Assembly: GCA_016788295.1 (NCBI GenBank)
Contig: JAEUSY010000026.1
Span: 64,020-128,019, forward strand
DNA from: Flavobacteriales bacterium
GTDB taxonomy: Bacteria > Bacteroidota > Bacteroidia > Flavobacteriales_F > PHOS-HE28
Length of the DNA stretch: 64,000 bases
Direction: 5' to 3'
A model generated the notes under the pieces. It did no database searches. It had not been told where the DNA came from and saw only the letters and a list, made by a program, of their open reading frames with translations. The position numbers and the translations under genes are program-made. Shown here piece after piece: positions 8,799 through 18,665 of the stretch. Position 1 is the first letter of the stretch, and each line of letters opens with the position of its first letter.

Positions 8799-9383
8799 TT
8801 AGAGGGTGCGGGAGACCAAGAGGATACGATCGTTGATGACCGAGGTAACGGTGACCATGGTGCCCGTGGCGATGGGCGAAGGGTCGTCGGTCATGGCGTC
8901 AAGGTCCCGAAGGTTGCCTTGCACGCGCACACTGATCTTGCCCATACCACTGCGTGCCGCGGGGATGAGCAGGTAGGTGGTGCCGGTGAGCCCCACAGTG
9001 CGTTGCGTTTCCAGCGTGCCGCTGTGCTTCAAGGTGGCCGCCTTGTTCATCAGCCAGACCATGAGCGCCACCATGAGCAACCCCACCACGGTGCCGATGG
9101 CCACCGAACCCATTTCGCCAAGCCCGTTCTGTTGACAGGCCAGGCCGGTCCACGCGAACATGGTAAAGAAGGTGACCAGGTTGCGGATGGTGAAGTAGCT
9201 GTTCCCTTCGCCGTGGTCCGCGTGTACGGAGGCATCCGCATCGCCCATGGAGCCGTCGTTATCGGCCCCGATCATGGCGAGCACGGTCTGCAGGATGAAC
9301 AGCAGCGAAAAGAACAGGGCTATGGCCCAAAGGACTTTCTCGAACAGGGTAAGGGCTTCCCACCAGACGCTCATCGGATCCAC
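8799..9383 (-). CDS. yqiJ: NfeD-like/YqiJ-family membrane protein (flotillin partner)
   Basis: Three to four TM helices followed by a C-terminal OB-fold-like soluble domain (GMGKISVRVQGNLRDLDAMTDDPSPIATGTMVTVTSV), located directly downstream of the flotillin gene. Confidence 0.7.
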   Translation of the reverse strand: MDPMSVWWEALTLFEKVLWAIALFFSLLFILQTVLAMIGADNDGSMGDADASVHADHGEGNSYFTIRNLVTFFTMFAWTGLACQQNGLGEMGSVAIGTVVGLLMVALMVWLMNKAATLKHSGTLETQRTVGLTGTTYLLIPAARSGMGKISVRVQGNLRDLDAMTDDPSPIATGTMVTVTSVINDRILLVSRTL

Positions 9384-9583
9384 ATTGTTCCGCCAATGTA
9401 AGCGGAACGCCAGAATTCTCCAGAGCGCACTGACCCGACCACATACGCGTGATGTTGCCGAAGCACACGGTGCAATTCAGGAGAGCGCTTCGATAGTGAC
9501 CTGGACATTCCCACTAACGGAATGAGAGGTCGAGGGATATCGTGACAGCCCAAGTTAGCGATCCGCTGGACGGAACACCCGGA

Positions 9584-10453
9584 TCACGGGATCCACTTGA
9601 TGCCGGAGAAATCCGGTTTCCGCTTCTCCAGGAATGCGTTGCGTCCCTCCTTTGCCTCATCGGTCATGTAGGCCAGGCGGGTGGCCTCCCCGGCGAACAC
9701 TTGTTGGCCCACCATGCCATCGTCCGTGAGGTTGAAGGCGAACTTGAGCATCTTGATGGAGGTCGGCGATTTGGCAAGGATCTCCTGCGCCCATTCCCAC
9801 GCCGTGGCCTCCAGTTCGGCGTGCGGCACCACCGCGTTCACCATGCCCATTTCGTACGCGCGCTGCGCATCGATGTCGCGGCCCAGGAAGAAGATCTCCC
9901 GTGCACGTTTCTGCCCCACCATCTTGGCGAGGTAGGCGCTGCCATAGCCACCGTCGAAGCTGGTCACGTCGGCATCGGTCTGCTTGAACACCGCGTGTTC
10001 CTTGCTGGCCAATGTGAGGTCGCACACCACGTGCAGGCTGTGCCCACCACCCACGCACCAGCCGGGCACCACGGCGATCACCACCTTGGGCATGAAGCGG
10101 ATCAGCCGTTGCACTTCCAGGATGTTGAGGCGCGGCATGCCATTGTCGTCCACGTAGCCTTGGTGTCCGCGTGCCCGCTGGTCGCCACCACTGCAGAAGG
10201 CCCAGCCCCCATCCTTGCTGCTGGGGCCTTCGGCGCTGAAGAGCACCACGCCGATGCTGGTGTCCTGGTGCGCATCGTGGAAGGCTTGCAGGAGCTCGCC
10301 CACCGTGTGTGGCCTGAAGGCATTTCGCACCTCGGGCCGGTTGAAGGCGATGCGGGCCACCCCGCCGCTCTTACGATAGGTGATGTCCTCGAACTCGCGC
10401 ACGGTCTTCCATTGTGGTGGCGGAACGGCGCTTTTCATACGGGCCTTGGTCAT
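9584..10453 (-). CDS. menB: 1,4-dihydroxy-2-naphthoyl-CoA synthase (crotonase fold)
   Basis: DITYRKSGGVARIAFNRPEVRNAFRP...FCSGGDQ...VPGWCVGGGHSLHVVCDLTLAS...GSAYLAKMVG is near-canonical MenB. Start at MTKARM (ATG 10451-10453). The 5' extension of the ORF to 11365 overlaps the response-regulator gene on the other strand and is rejected. Confidence 0.9.
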   Translation of the reverse strand: MTKARMKSAVPPPQWKTVREFEDITYRKSGGVARIAFNRPEVRNAFRPHTVGELLQAFHDAHQDTSIGVVLFSAEGPSSKDGGWAFCSGGDQRARGHQGYVDDNGMPRLNILEVQRLIRFMPKVVIAVVPGWCVGGGHSLHVVCDLTLASKEHAVFKQTDADVTSFDGGYGSAYLAKMVGQKRAREIFFLGRDIDAQRAYEMGMVNAVVPHAELEATAWEWAQEILAKSPTSIKMLKFAFNLTDDGMVGQQVFAGEATRLAYMTDEAKEGRNAFLEKRKPDFSGIKWIP

Positions 10454-10600
10454 GGCTGTGTGCTTGGGGTCGGCAAATATCGGCATGCCCCCCTGCGCTG
10501 CATGCTTTTCACAATGTTCAAGCGAGCGGTTGCTGGCTCGTGCGCTGTGCAAATGACGATCGCCATGTGATGGTCGCTGGGAACATGCGATATTCGGGGT

Positions 10601-11254
10601 ATGCAAAAGCGTGAGACGCCCTTGCGCATCCTTGTCGCCGATCCCTTGGAACTGGTCTCCGATGGTTTGCGCGTCCGCTTGGTCGACCGGGACGATATGC
10701 ACGTGGTGGCCCATGCGAGCACAGGCAACAGGGTGTTGGAGCTTCTGGCCACGGACCCGATCGATCTCGTACTGCTGGAGGTCTCGTTGCCGGGCAAGGA
10801 CGGAATAGATACGGCCCGCGCCATCCGCAAGCAGTTCCCGCTGGTGCGCGTGTTGGCCCATTCCTCCCTCACGGAGATCGAGTATGTGAACAGTATGCTC
10901 ATTGAAGGGGCCTGTGGTTACTTGGTGAAGGGTGGTCCGCGCGAAGAGTTGTTGCTCGCCATCCGGACCGTGATGAGCGGGAAACGTTTCCTGAGCGAAG
11001 CGGCCCAACGCAGCGTGGATGCAGGCTATGCCTATACCGAGAAACGCATGGACGGAGAGTACATCGGCCTTACCGCCCGCGAACGCGAGATCATCAGGCT
11101 GGTGGCCTTGGAGCGCACCAATGGCGAGATCGCTGCGGCCTTGTTCATCAGTGAGGATACCGTGAAGACGCACAGGAAGCACCTGATGACGAAACTGAAC
11201 GTGCGAAGTGTAGCGGGGCTGGTGAAGTATGCCATCGACCGGCGCTGGGTCTGA
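10601..11254 (+). CDS. LuxR/NarL-family DNA-binding response regulator (atypical receiver; orphan)
   Basis: REC domain plus a C-terminal LuxR HTH (LTAREREIIRLVALERTNGEIAAALFISEDTVKTHRKHLMTKLNV). The phospho-acceptor position reads LVLLEVSLPG (Glu where Asp is expected), and the acidic pocket is ADP rather than DD. Confidence 0.8.
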   Translation: MQKRETPLRILVADPLELVSDGLRVRLVDRDDMHVVAHASTGNRVLELLATDPIDLVLLEVSLPGKDGIDTARAIRKQFPLVRVLAHSSLTEIEYVNSMLIEGACGYLVKGGPREELLLAIRTVMSGKRFLSEAAQRSVDAGYAYTEKRMDGEYIGLTAREREIIRLVALERTNGEIAAALFISEDTVKTHRKHLMTKLNVRSVAGLVKYAIDRRWV

Positions 11255-11347
11255 ACAGGCCGGTGCACCATTTCCCCCACATGTGGGTATTGCAGGCGGC
11301 CGGGCGCTGTCCGGACTTTTGGTGCGGATATCAAGACGATCAGCACC

Positions 11348-11851
11348 ATGGAAAAGCGCGTTCACCTCACCTTCGAAGCGGCCCTGCTCGTGGCCCTCTT
11401 CGCCCTCTTCGGTCTTTCTCTTTTCGCGTCACCAACAGGCGCGGTCGTAAAGGATGAGATCCTGATCACAGGAAGGTTGCTCGCCGAGGACCGGCACATG
11501 GATGATGCGGTACTTGTGGTGGAACTGGAAGGCGACCGGTGCCTCTTTGCTGAACTCTACGATAACGGTCAGTTCTTCTTCCGGCTACCGGTTGGTGCCA
11601 AGGCCACCTTGTTGTTCATGAAGCCCGGCCACCTGCCAAAGGAGGTGACCGTGGATACCCGCAACGCGTTGAACACCCCCAAGGCGGTGAAGGAGAACCG
11701 CAAAGTGAAGTTCGAGGTGGTGTTGGAGTCCGAGGAGCAGCGGCCCGGGCGGCGGTATGATGGACCCGTGGGCTCGATCCGCTTCGTCAATGGCAGCGGC
11801 ACCATGAAGGTGATGCACGACCTGCGGGTGGTGGCCGATGACGCACTTTAG
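11348..11851 (+). CDS. hypothetical membrane-anchored protein with beta-sandwich (carboxypeptidase-regulatory-like) domain
   Basis: N-terminal TM helix (LLVALFALFGLSLFA), then ILITGRLLAED...FFFRLPVGAKATLLFMKPGHLPKEVTV, a CarboxypepD_reg-like pattern. Confidence 0.4.
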   Translation: MEKRVHLTFEAALLVALFALFGLSLFASPTGAVVKDEILITGRLLAEDRHMDDAVLVVELEGDRCLFAELYDNGQFFFRLPVGAKATLLFMKPGHLPKEVTVDTRNALNTPKAVKENRKVKFEVVLESEEQRPGRRYDGPVGSIRFVNGSGTMKVMHDLRVVADDAL

Positions 11852-11933
11852 ATGGTGACGCTGGCACAGATGCGTTGATGAACGCAGAAGGGGCCCCGCA
11901 AGGCCCCTTCGCTATTGAGATCGATGCCGTTAT

Positions 11934-13145
11934 TTACTTGAACGCCTGGATACCGGTCACATCCGCGCCCGTGATCAGCAGGTGGATGTCGTGGGTGCCT
12001 TCGTAGGTCACCACGCTTTCGAGGTTCATCATGTGGCGCATGATGGGATACTCGTTGGTGATGCCCATGCCGCCGAGGATCTGGCGGGCCTCGCGGGCCA
12101 CGTTCAGGGCCAGGGCCACGTTGTTGCGCTTGGCGATGCTGATCTGCTGCGTGGTGGCGCGGCCTTCGTTACGCAGCGTTCCCAAACGCCAAGTGAGCAG
12201 CTGTGCCTTGGTGATCTCGGTGATCATTTCGGCGAGCTTCTTCTGCGTGAGCTGGAAGGCGCCGATGGGCTTGCCGAACTGGATGCGCTGCTGGCTGTAA
12301 CGCAGGGCGGTATCGTAGCACTCCATGGCCACGCCCAAGGTGCCCCAAGCAATGCCGTAGCGGGCGCTGTCGAGGCAGCTCATGGGAGCACCCAAGCCGT
12401 TGCGGCCAGGCAGCAGGTTGCCTTTGGGCACTTTCACGTTGTCGAACACCAACTCGCCGGTGGGGCTGGCGCGCAGGCTCAGCTTGCCGTGCGTGGTGGG
12501 GGTGGTGAAGCCCTCCATGCCACGCTCCACAATGAGGCCATGGATGCGGCCTTCGGTGTTCTCGGCCTTGGCCCACACCACCGCCAGGTCGGCGAAGGGA
12601 GCGTTGCTGATCCACATCTTAGCGCCGTTCAGCAGGTAGTGGTCGCCCATGTCCTTGAAGGTGGTGACCATGCCGCTGGGGTTGCTGCCGAAGTCGGGTT
12701 CGGTGAGGCCGAAGCAGCCGATCTTCTTGCCCTGCACCATGTCGGGCAGCCACTTCTTCTTCTGCTCCTCGCTACCGTATTTCCAGATGGGGTACATGGC
12801 GAGCGAGCCCTGCACGCTGCACAGGCTGCGCAGGCCACTGTCGCAACGCTCGATCTCCTGCATGATCAGGCCATAGCTGATCTGGTCCAGACCGGGGCCG
12901 CCATATTCCTCGGGCACAAAGGGTCCGAATGCACCGATCTCGGCCAGTCCGGGAATGATGTCCTTGCTGAACTCCGCCTTTTCGAAGCGCTCCTCGATGA
13001 TGGGCTTGAGGTGCGTGCTCACATGCTTCCGCGCTGTTTCGCGGATGAGCTTCTGTTCGTCGGTGAGCAACTCATCCACCAGGTAGTGGTCGTGGCTTTG
13101 GAACAGGTCGGTGGCGGCTTTCTTCTGTGCTGTGGTGGTGCTCAT
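11934..13145 (-). CDS. gcdH: acyl-CoA dehydrogenase (glutaryl-CoA dehydrogenase-like)
   Basis: Full ACAD fold (GCFGLTEPDFGSNPSGMVTT...YEGTHDIHLLITG). Start at MSTTTAQKK (ATG 13143-13145). Confidence 0.85.
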   Translation of the reverse strand: MSTTTAQKKAATDLFQSHDHYLVDELLTDEQKLIRETARKHVSTHLKPIIEERFEKAEFSKDIIPGLAEIGAFGPFVPEEYGGPGLDQISYGLIMQEIERCDSGLRSLCSVQGSLAMYPIWKYGSEEQKKKWLPDMVQGKKIGCFGLTEPDFGSNPSGMVTTFKDMGDHYLLNGAKMWISNAPFADLAVVWAKAENTEGRIHGLIVERGMEGFTTPTTHGKLSLRASPTGELVFDNVKVPKGNLLPGRNGLGAPMSCLDSARYGIAWGTLGVAMECYDTALRYSQQRIQFGKPIGAFQLTQKKLAEMITEITKAQLLTWRLGTLRNEGRATTQQISIAKRNNVALALNVAREARQILGGMGITNEYPIMRHMMNLESVVTYEGTHDIHLLITGADVTGIQAFK

Positions 13146-13237
13146 GGTGCGTATGGTCCGCGCTGATGCGGACCGCAAGGGGGTGCGAATTTAACAAGGC
13201 CCGGTGGCGCGGAGGCCGGGCATCTACTTTTGCGGCC

Positions 13238-13927
13238 ATGGGAACGGCAGAAGCCACTGACCATTTGCGCGCGTCCGATCCGTTGAACGCCGAATGGGTA
13301 ACAGCCCTGCTGCTGGGCTTGTTCGTCCTGCTGGCGCTGATCAATGCGGGTTCGTCGCGCAAGTGGCGGCTGTTCGGGCAGGCCATGTTCCGCATGCGGT
13401 TGGGCAAGCAGGCCATGCGTGAGGAGTTCGATCTGCAGGAACGCGGTTTCCTCTCCATGCTCTTCATGGCGCTGTGCGTCATCAGCCTGTTCGGGTGGCA
13501 GTACCTGCATTGGCGGGGGTTGGCGCAAGGACTGGGCTTTCTGCCCCTGCTCGGTCTGGTGGCCGGGGCGGTGCTTTTCCAACTATTGCTGCTGCGTGCG
13601 GTGGCCGGGCTGTTCCGCGTGGACCGTGGCGTGGCCGAGCACCTTTACACCGGTCTGCTGTTGTTCATACTGGCCGGGCTGGTGCTTTTGCCGGTGGCCG
13701 TGCTCATGGCCTACCGCGCCGAATACCGCTCATACATGGCCCCATTGGGGCTGGCCATAGTGGGTTTCATGCTGCTTTACCGTTGGGTCCGGGGCACTTG
13801 GATCGGGGTGGGTGAGGGGGTCCCCGTCAGGTACATAATTGTATACTTTTGCGCCGCCGAGATCCTGCCTGTCCTGCTTGCGATCGGTGCCCTTCGGCAA
13901 GCGCTCACCGGAACTCTTCAACCCTAA
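13238..13927 (+). CDS. DUF4271 domain-containing membrane protein
   Basis: Six TM helices. Sits immediately upstream of hemD, the conserved Bacteroidota DUF4271-hemD arrangement. Start at MGTAEA (ATG 13238). Confidence 0.6.
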   Translation: MGTAEATDHLRASDPLNAEWVTALLLGLFVLLALINAGSSRKWRLFGQAMFRMRLGKQAMREEFDLQERGFLSMLFMALCVISLFGWQYLHWRGLAQGLGFLPLLGLVAGAVLFQLLLLRAVAGLFRVDRGVAEHLYTGLLLFILAGLVLLPVAVLMAYRAEYRSYMAPLGLAIVGFMLLYRWVRGTWIGVGEGVPVRYIIVYFCAAEILPVLLAIGALRQALTGTLQP

Positions 13928-13938
13928 GCCGATCGGCC

Positions 13939-14688
13939 TTGAAGATCAAGACCATTCTTGTTTCGCAACCTGCGCCTACGGACGAGAGATCGCCCTATCA
14001 CGAGCTGGCCAGGAAATACGCGTTGAAGATCGATTTCCGTCCGTTCATCCAGGTGGAGGCCGTTCCCGGACAGGACTTCCGCCAGGAACGCATCAATATC
14101 CTGGACCACACCGCCATTGTGCTCACCAGCCGCAATGCCGTGGACCACTTCTTCCGCATGTGCAAGGAATTGCGCCTAACCGTGCCGGAGACCATGAAGT
14201 ATTTCTGCGTGAGCGAAAGCGTGGCCTACTACGTGCAGAAATACATCGTGTACCGCAAGCGGAAGGTCTTCATCGGCAAACAATCCTTCGCCGATCTGGT
14301 GGACGTGATCAAGAAGCACAAGGAGGAGAGGTACCTGGTGCCCTGCAGCGATATCCAGAAGGGCGAGATCCCCGCATCGTTGGACAAGGCCGGCGTGAAG
14401 TATACCAACGCCGTGTTCTACCGCACGGTGGCCAGCGACCTCAGCGACATCAAGGCCCTGAACTACGACATGCTCGTGTTCTTCAGCCCGGGCGGCATCG
14501 AGAGCCTGAAGAAGAACTTCCCGAAGTTCAAGCAGAACGGCGTGTTCATTGCCGCTTTTGGACCCACCACCGCGAAGGCCGTGGTGGACAATGGCTTCCG
14601 GCTCGACCTGCAAGCCCCCTTGCCCGAGGCGCCCAGCATGACCGGGGCCATGGAGCTGTTCATCAAGCAGCAGGCGAAGAAGAAGTGA
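13939..14688 (+). CDS. hemD: uroporphyrinogen-III synthase
   Basis: HemD fold (ILVSQPAPTDERSPYHELARKYALKIDFRPFIQVE...LTSRNAVDHFF...FFSPGGIESL). Probable TTG start at 13939 (LKIKTILVSQP). The upstream ATG-less extension is rejected. Confidence 0.8.
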   Translation: MKIKTILVSQPAPTDERSPYHELARKYALKIDFRPFIQVEAVPGQDFRQERINILDHTAIVLTSRNAVDHFFRMCKELRLTVPETMKYFCVSESVAYYVQKYIVYRKRKVFIGKQSFADLVDVIKKHKEERYLVPCSDIQKGEIPASLDKAGVKYTNAVFYRTVASDLSDIKALNYDMLVFFSPGGIESLKKNFPKFKQNGVFIAAFGPTTAKAVVDNGFRLDLQAPLPEAPSMTGAMELFIKQQAKKK

Positions 14689-14758
14689 CCGTGCCCTTGC
14701 GGACCGGCCTTCGTGGACCTGTGACCCGCTGTCGTACCTCGATCGGACATTCAGGCGC

Positions 14759-15145
14759 ATGACCCGCTACACCTTCCGCAAGCATGAGCACCTCTGTGGC
14801 AGGTTGCGCATACAGGAAGTGTTCAGCACGGGAAAGGCCGTCAATGAGGCGCCCTTCCGTTTGGTCGGCAAGGTGATGGAGCTACCCACGGTGGCCCGCG
14901 CACAGGTGGCCTTTTCGGTGCCGCGCCGTTACCTGCGCCATGCCGTGGACCGCAACCGCATGAAGCGCCTGATGCGCGAAGTGTATCGCCTGCACAAGGC
15001 CGGATACCTAGAGCGCATCGCCGCCGCCGACCGCCAATGCGCCTGGTTGATCATCTACCAAGGACGAGGAACAATGGACCTGGCCGAGACCCAGTTGAAA
15101 ATAACCCGGTGCCTCGACCGTTGGATGGAAAAGCATGGCTTCTAG
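14759..15145 (+). CDS. rnpA: ribonuclease P protein component
   Basis: [22 protein letters not shown]...[23 protein letters not shown] is the RnpA signature. Confidence 0.85.
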   Translation: MTRYTFRKHEHLCGRLRIQEVFSTGKAVNEAPFRLVGKVMELPTVARAQVAFSVPRRYLRHAVDRNRMKRLMREVYRLHKAGYLERIAAADRQCAWLIIYQGRGTMDLAETQLKITRCLDRWMEKHGF

Positions 15146-15380
15146 GATCCTGGCATGGCCGTTGATCATGTTGGTACGCTTGTACCAATACACCGTTTCT
15201 CCGCTATTGCCGGGTGCATGCCGCTACACACCCACCTGTTCCGAATACGGCCTCACCGCCCTCCGACGCCACGGTGCGTTCAAAGGCGGCTGGCTTACCC
15301 TTAAGCGCTTCCTATCTTGTAACCCGTGGGGCGGGCATGGCTACGACCCCGTTCCGGAAGACCCTCATCAGCATGGATAA
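15135..15380 (+). CDS. yidD: membrane protein insertion efficiency factor YidD
   Basis: [65 protein letters not shown] is the canonical YidD sequence. Overlaps the rnpA stop. Confidence 0.9.
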   Translation: MASRILAWPLIMLVRLYQYTVSPLLPGACRYTPTCSEYGLTALRRHGAFKGGWLTLKRFLSCNPWGGHGYDPVPEDPHQHG

Positions 15381-17052
15381 GTCAACAGCACGCCGCGGTC
15401 CCCGTTGGCGCAATTGGATCCTGGGCGTTTCTGTTGTTGCCGGTGGTGCCATTACCATCGCGGCCGGCGACAACTACTTCGAGATCAGCAAGAACCTGGA
15501 GATCTTCACCGAACTCTACAAGGAGCTGAACATCTACTACGTGGATGATACACGGCCCGGGCAGTTAATGAAGACGGGCATCGATGCCATGCTCTCCTCG
15601 CTTGATCCGTACACCCAGTACATCCCGGAGAGCGACATGGAGGATTACCGCTTCATGACCACCGGGCAGTACGGTGGCATTGGAGCCCTGATCAAGCGCA
15701 AGGGCGAGACCGTGGTGGTGAGCGAGCCTTACGAGAACTATCCCGCGCAGAAGGCCGGGATCTGGGCCGGCGATGTGATCGTGGAAGTGGACGGCCGGAA
15801 GATCACTGCCATGGAGACCGATGAGGTGAGCAAATTGCTCAAGGGCCAGGCCGGAAGCACGGTGAAAGTGATCACCAGTCGAAACGGTGTACTGACCACA
15901 CACAGCCTGGTGCGCGAAGAGATCAAGATCCCCGATGTGCCATACAAGGGCATGATCGATTCTGCCAATGGGGTCGGCTACCTGAAGCTGAACAGTTTCA
16001 CGCAGACCGCTGGACAGGAGGTGCGCAACGCGGTGAAGGAGCTGAAGGACCAGGGCGCGAAGAAGATCGTGCTCGACCTGCGTGGCAACGGCGGAGGCCT
16101 GTTGCGCGAAGCCGTGAACATCGTGAACCTCTTCGTGCCCAAGAACCAATTGGTGGTGGAGACCAAGGGTCGCATTGCCGAATGGGACAAGACCTACAAG
16201 ACACTGAGCGAACCACTGGATGCGGAGATCCCGCTGGTGGTACTGGTGGACCGTGGTTCGGCATCGGCCAGCGAGATCGTGAGCGGTGCCCTGCAGGACC
16301 TGGACCGTGCCGTGATCGTGGGTGAGCGCACCTTCGGCAAGGGGTTGGTGCAGCAAACGCGCGACCTCTACTACAACAGCAAGCTGAAGGTGACCGTGGC
16401 GAAGTACTACATCCCCAGCGGTCGTTGCATCCAGAAACTGGACTATGCCCACCGCGACAGCAGTGGCAAGGCGATCGAAGTAAAGGAGGATGCCATCGCC
16501 GAGTTCAAGACCCGCAACGGACGTCCGGTGTTCGATGGTCGTGGCATTCTGCCCGATGTGGCCGTTGAGGACCCCGAACTGGCCAAGGTGGTCGGCGGGC
16601 TTTACAGTGAAGACCTCTTCTTCGACTTCGCCACGCGCTATCGCCTTGATCATCCGGAGATCCCCAGTGCAGAGCAGTTCACCGTCACCGATGACATGTA
16701 CAAGGCCTTCGTGGACTATGTGAAGGACAAGGAATTCTCCTACGACACGGAGACCATGGAGGCGCTAAAGGCGTTGGAGGAGAAGGCCAAGCGTGAACGT
16801 TACTACGATCACGCCAAGGTACAGCTGGAGGCACTGCGCAAGGAACTGACGCCCGATCGCACGGAGGAGCTACGTATGTTCCGCAGCGACATCGAGGAGG
16901 TGTTGCGTAATGAGCTCGTGTCGCGCTACTACTTCCAGACCGGTCGTGCGAAGGCATCCATGGGTACCGACCCGGTGATCCGTCGCGCCATTGAACTGTT
17001 GAACAGCAACGAGTACGGAACTGTGCTCGCTGGCGCACCTGGACGTAAATAG
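15373..17052 (+). CDS. ctpA: S41-family carboxyl-terminal processing peptidase (tail-specific protease) with PDZ domain
   Basis: PDZ region ([15 protein letters not shown]) and the S41 catalytic region ([36 protein letters not shown]). Start placed at MDKSTARR (15373); an alternative Met lies at 15337. Confidence 0.85.
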   Translation: MDKSTARRGPRWRNWILGVSVVAGGAITIAAGDNYFEISKNLEIFTELYKELNIYYVDDTRPGQLMKTGIDAMLSSLDPYTQYIPESDMEDYRFMTTGQYGGIGALIKRKGETVVVSEPYENYPAQKAGIWAGDVIVEVDGRKITAMETDEVSKLLKGQAGSTVKVITSRNGVLTTHSLVREEIKIPDVPYKGMIDSANGVGYLKLNSFTQTAGQEVRNAVKELKDQGAKKIVLDLRGNGGGLLREAVNIVNLFVPKNQLVVETKGRIAEWDKTYKTLSEPLDAEIPLVVLVDRGSASASEIVSGALQDLDRAVIVGERTFGKGLVQQTRDLYYNSKLKVTVAKYYIPSGRCIQKLDYAHRDSSGKAIEVKEDAIAEFKTRNGRPVFDGRGILPDVAVEDPELAKVVGGLYSEDLFFDFATRYRLDHPEIPSAEQFTVTDDMYKAFVDYVKDKEFSYDTETMEALKALEEKAKRERYYDHAKVQLEALRKELTPDRTEELRMFRSDIEEVLRNELVSRYYFQTGRAKASMGTDPVIRRAIELLNSNEYGTVLAGAPGRK

Positions 17053-17066
17053 GTCCCATCGCGCCG

Positions 17067-18665
17067 ATGAAGCTGGCGCTGCTGAACGCCGCACCCTTCC
17101 GCGCCATCCATGTGGCGGCGCTGGCATTGTGCGCGATCTTCCTGCCATGGAGCACGGCCTTCCTGAGCATGGCGCAAATGCTCCTGGTGCTCAATTGGCT
17201 GGTGGAGGGAGCAGCACGTGGTGATCTGCGCGGCAGGTTCCGACAGGGCTTTCTATCAGCGCCTGTGGCTGTTTTCCTCTCCTTCCTTGTACTGCACGTA
17301 CTGGGCCTTTTGTGGACGGTGGATATGCGCTGGGGCACCGACCTCGTTCGGATCCTACTACCGGTGCTCACCTTCGGCGTTGTCCTGGCCGGCGCCCCAC
17401 CACTGAACGAACGCGAGTTCCGCACCGTGCTGCTCTTCGGTGCCTGGAGCGCCGTGGCCAGCACCTTGTTCTGCGCATGCTTCAGTGGCGCGGGGCGCGG
17501 CGACTATCGTTCGCTCTCCATGTTCATCAGCCACATCCGGCTGGTGTTGCTGCTGTGCCTGGCCATTGTTGTGTTCGTTTGGGACCTGCGCAAAGCAGTG
17601 CGTTGGGTGCGTGTGGCGGAAATGCTCGCCATGGTCTGGTGCCTGTACTTCATCAATCGCCTGGGAAGCATCCAGGGTTACTTCATCCTATTGTTGATCT
17701 GCGGTATCATGGTCTGGCGGCGATCGGCCCTTTGGCGGCCGATATTGCGCTGGTCATTGCGTACAGGCATGGTGGTGTTGCCTTTGGTGGTGGTGTTGCC
17801 CTTGTTGCGCGAACTGCGGATACGCACCGCTCCGCCCCCACAGGACCTGCACGCTCGTTATCCGCGAAGCGCTGGCGGCGAACCCTATGCACATGATCTG
17901 CGTGATCCCCAACAAGTGAACGGCCATTACGTGTGGACACACATTGCCTGGAACGAACTGCGGCGCACATGGCTGCGCCGCAGTGAACGCTCGCTGGATT
18001 CGCCCGACGATCGCGGCCATCCGATGTGGAGCACGGCCGTGCGTTACATGGCCAGCAAGGGCTTGACGAAGGACAGTGTGGGTGTGATGACGCTGACGGA
18101 GGAGGATGTACGTGCCATTGAGCGCGGGGTACCCGACCATTTGGATGGCCGGCGCAGCATGTTGCGCGAACGCATGGAAGAGGTGCTCTTCGAACTACAG
18201 GTGTATGGCGACAAGGGCCTGGCGAGCGGCCATTCGGTGGCCATGCGCTTGGAGTTCTGGCGCACAGGGCTGGCTATTGCAAGGAATCACTTGGCGACCG
18301 GCGTTGGTACGGGAGATACCCAGCGCGCCTTTGATGTACAATACGTGGCGATGGGATCCTCGCTGGCACCCGAATGGCACTTGCGTGCCCACAACCAGTA
18401 CATCACGCTGCTGATCAGTTTCGGGGTGCTCGGCCTGTTGTGGTCCTTGTTCAGTTGGTGGTGGCCCGCATGGCGGATGGGTGCATGGCGCGATCCGCTG
18501 TTCATTGCATGGGCGGTGGTGTTCGGTGTGTCGTGCCTTACCGATGACACGATCGAGACACAGGCCGGTGCCACGGTCTTTGCGCTTTACTATACACTGC
18601 TCGTGTTCGCTTCACCGCAGAACAGGCCTATCGCTCCAGCCGGGACAGCACCTGTTGTGGTGTGA
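17067..18665 (+). CDS. O-antigen ligase-like (Wzy_C domain) polytopic membrane protein
   Basis: More than 10 TM helices plus a large periplasmic loop, with HNQYITLLISFGVLGLL resembling the Wzy_C/RfaL motif. Neighbours are LPS glycosyltransferases. Confidence 0.65.
   Translation: MKLALLNAAPFRAIHVAALALCAIFLPWSTAFLSMAQMLLVLNWLVEGAARGDLRGRFRQGFLSAPVAVFLSFLVLHVLGLLWTVDMRWGTDLVRILLPVLTFGVVLAGAPPLNEREFRTVLLFGAWSAVASTLFCACFSGAGRGDYRSLSMFISHIRLVLLLCLAIVVFVWDLRKAVRWVRVAEMLAMVWCLYFINRLGSIQGYFILLLICGIMVWRRSALWRPILRWSLRTGMVVLPLVVVLPLLRELRIRTAPPPQDLHARYPRSAGGEPYAHDLRDPQQVNGHYVWTHIAWNELRRTWLRRSERSLDSPDDRGHPMWSTAVRYMASKGLTKDSVGVMTLTEEDVRAIERGVPDHLDGRRSMLRERMEEVLFELQVYGDKGLASGHSVAMRLEFWRTGLAIARNHLATGVGTGDTQRAFDVQYVAMGSSLAPEWHLRAHNQYITLLISFGVLGLLWSLFSWWWPAWRMGAWRDPLFIAWAVVFGVSCLTDDTIETQAGATVFALYYTLLVFASPQNRPIAPAGTAPVVV

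Noticed and set aside
9542-10570. 342-aa + strand ORF
   Set aside because: Antisense to menB, with a His/Ala/Gly-rich low-complexity translation; spurious.
9584-11365. 593-aa minus-strand ORF extending menB upstream
   Set aside because: The first ~300 codons overlap the well-supported LuxR response-regulator gene on the opposite strand and have no homology. MenB homology begins at MTKARM (10453).
11982-13166. 394-aa + strand ORF
   Set aside because: Antisense of the acyl-CoA dehydrogenase gene; Ala/Gly/His-rich artefact.
15565-16653. 362-aa minus-strand ORF
   Set aside because: Antisense to the S41 peptidase gene, which has a strong catalytic signature on the + strand.
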